From Octopus sinensis (Eukaryota), in the NCBI RefSeq assembly GCF_006345805.1, contig NC_043005.1, forward strand, positions 21,390,001-21,454,000: DNA of 64,000 nucleotides, in the 5' to 3' direction. The notes beneath the pieces were generated by a model, which saw nothing but the letters and a program-made list of their open reading frames with translations, was not told the DNA's origin and made no database searches. The position numbers and the translations under genes are program-made. Of this stretch, positions 63,001-64,000 are shown in pieces (positions within the stretch are counted from its first letter, which is position 1; every line of letters begins with the position of its first letter).

Positions 63001-63840
63001 AGCATCAGTTGTGGTGTGCAAGAGAGACGATTGCGCTGGTATGGTCATGTGGCGAGAATGGATGAAGATAGGTGTGTGAGAAAGTGCCAATCCCTAGCAG
63101 TTGAGGGAACCCGTGGAAGAGGTAGACCCAGGAAAACCTGGGACGAGGTGGTGAAGCACGACCTTCGAACGTTAGGTTTCACCATGGAAATGACTAGAGA
63201 CCGAGACCTATGGAAGTATGCTGTGCGTAAGAAGACCCGGCAAGACTAGTGAAGCCATAACCCATGGCCCCTACCTGGGACGTAGTCAGTCCACCTGTGC
63301 ATACCTTCCTGCTTGAGACACTTGTGAAGACCTGTTGAAGCAAGTGAAAATCAAATCAAATCAAACCAAATCAAAATAGATGAACATCAATGGAATTTGT
63401 ATCCTTGTGGTGCCGGTGGCACATAAGAAAACCATCCGAACGGGATCGACTGGCCTCCGTGCTGTGGGCACGTAACAAACACCATCCGATCGTGGCCGTT
63501 CGCCAGCCTCGTCTGGCACCTGTGGCGGTGGCACATAAGAAAACACCGAAAACACCATCCGAGCGTGGCTGTCTGCCAGCCTCGTCTGGCACCTATGTCA
63601 GTGGCACATAAAAAACACCATCCGAGCGTGGCCGTCTGCCAGCCTCGTCTGGCACCTGTGTCGGTGGCACATAAAATCACCCACTACACTCTCGGAGTGG
63701 TTGGCGTTAGGAAGGGCATCCAGCTGTAGAAACACTGCCAGATCTGACTGGCCTGGTGCAGCCTTCGGGCTTGCCAGACCCCAGTTGAACCGTCCAACCC
63801 ATGCTAGCATGGAAAGCGGACGTTAAACGATGATGATGAT
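63001..63840 (+). mobile_element. Young RTE LINE 3' end with 3' UTR minisatellite and (GAT)n tail
   Basis: Intact [39 protein letters not shown]; CpG-rich; tandem ~55-bp units at about 63400-63680. Confidence 0.9.
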
Positions 63841-64000
63841 ATATATATATATATATTAATAGATCGGTTTAAAAGACAGAATCTATTTCAAGTGGGTATT
63901 CGACTACTAGTAATGTTGGTAATATTATCTCACGTCTAAATAAATATAAGCTGAATAAATATTACTTTAAGAAACTAAATAATAACAGCAATAATAATGA

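Noticed and set aside
63400-63680. CRISPR-like array
   Set aside because: Units are tandem without unique spacers and lie in a LINE 3' UTR in a eukaryotic context.
62350-63840. Twin-priming inversion for the head-to-head RTE pieces
   Set aside because: The minus piece is heavily decayed, the plus piece is near-intact, and about 190 bp of unrelated sequence separates them, so they are independent insertions.

Overview
AT-rich eukaryotic genomic DNA. The repeat content (tRNA-derived SINEs, RTE LINEs with (GAT)n tails, dense microsatellites) points to an octopus genome; this is inferred from recognising the repeats, not proven. The backbone is the internal part of one large + strand gene, or a tandem gene pair, built from 16 symmetric phase-1 exons of three kinds: Sushi/CCP (168-171 nt, x6), PAN/Apple type A (240 nt, x5) and PAN/Apple type B (234 nt, x5). 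The order is C-A-B, C-A-B, C-A-B, C-A-B, C, C-A-B, giving 3390 nt and 1130 stop-free codons. The units alternate between two sub-types (a higher-order repeat), and the PAN-B exons look hypervariable. No signal-peptide exon was found. A candidate stop-bearing exon follows PAN-B1 and PAN-B5. The introns are packed with transposon relics: Tc1 with IR/DR ends, mariners, Helitron, RTE, Tx1-like, CR1, Dong/R4-like, Ty3/Gypsy and Penelope-like. Two Penelope-type relics carry recognisable type-I hammerhead ribozyme folds. One lies in a ~99% perfect 550-bp-arm palindrome (one ribozyme per strand), and one lies at 37958-38032. All alignments and counts were done by eye.
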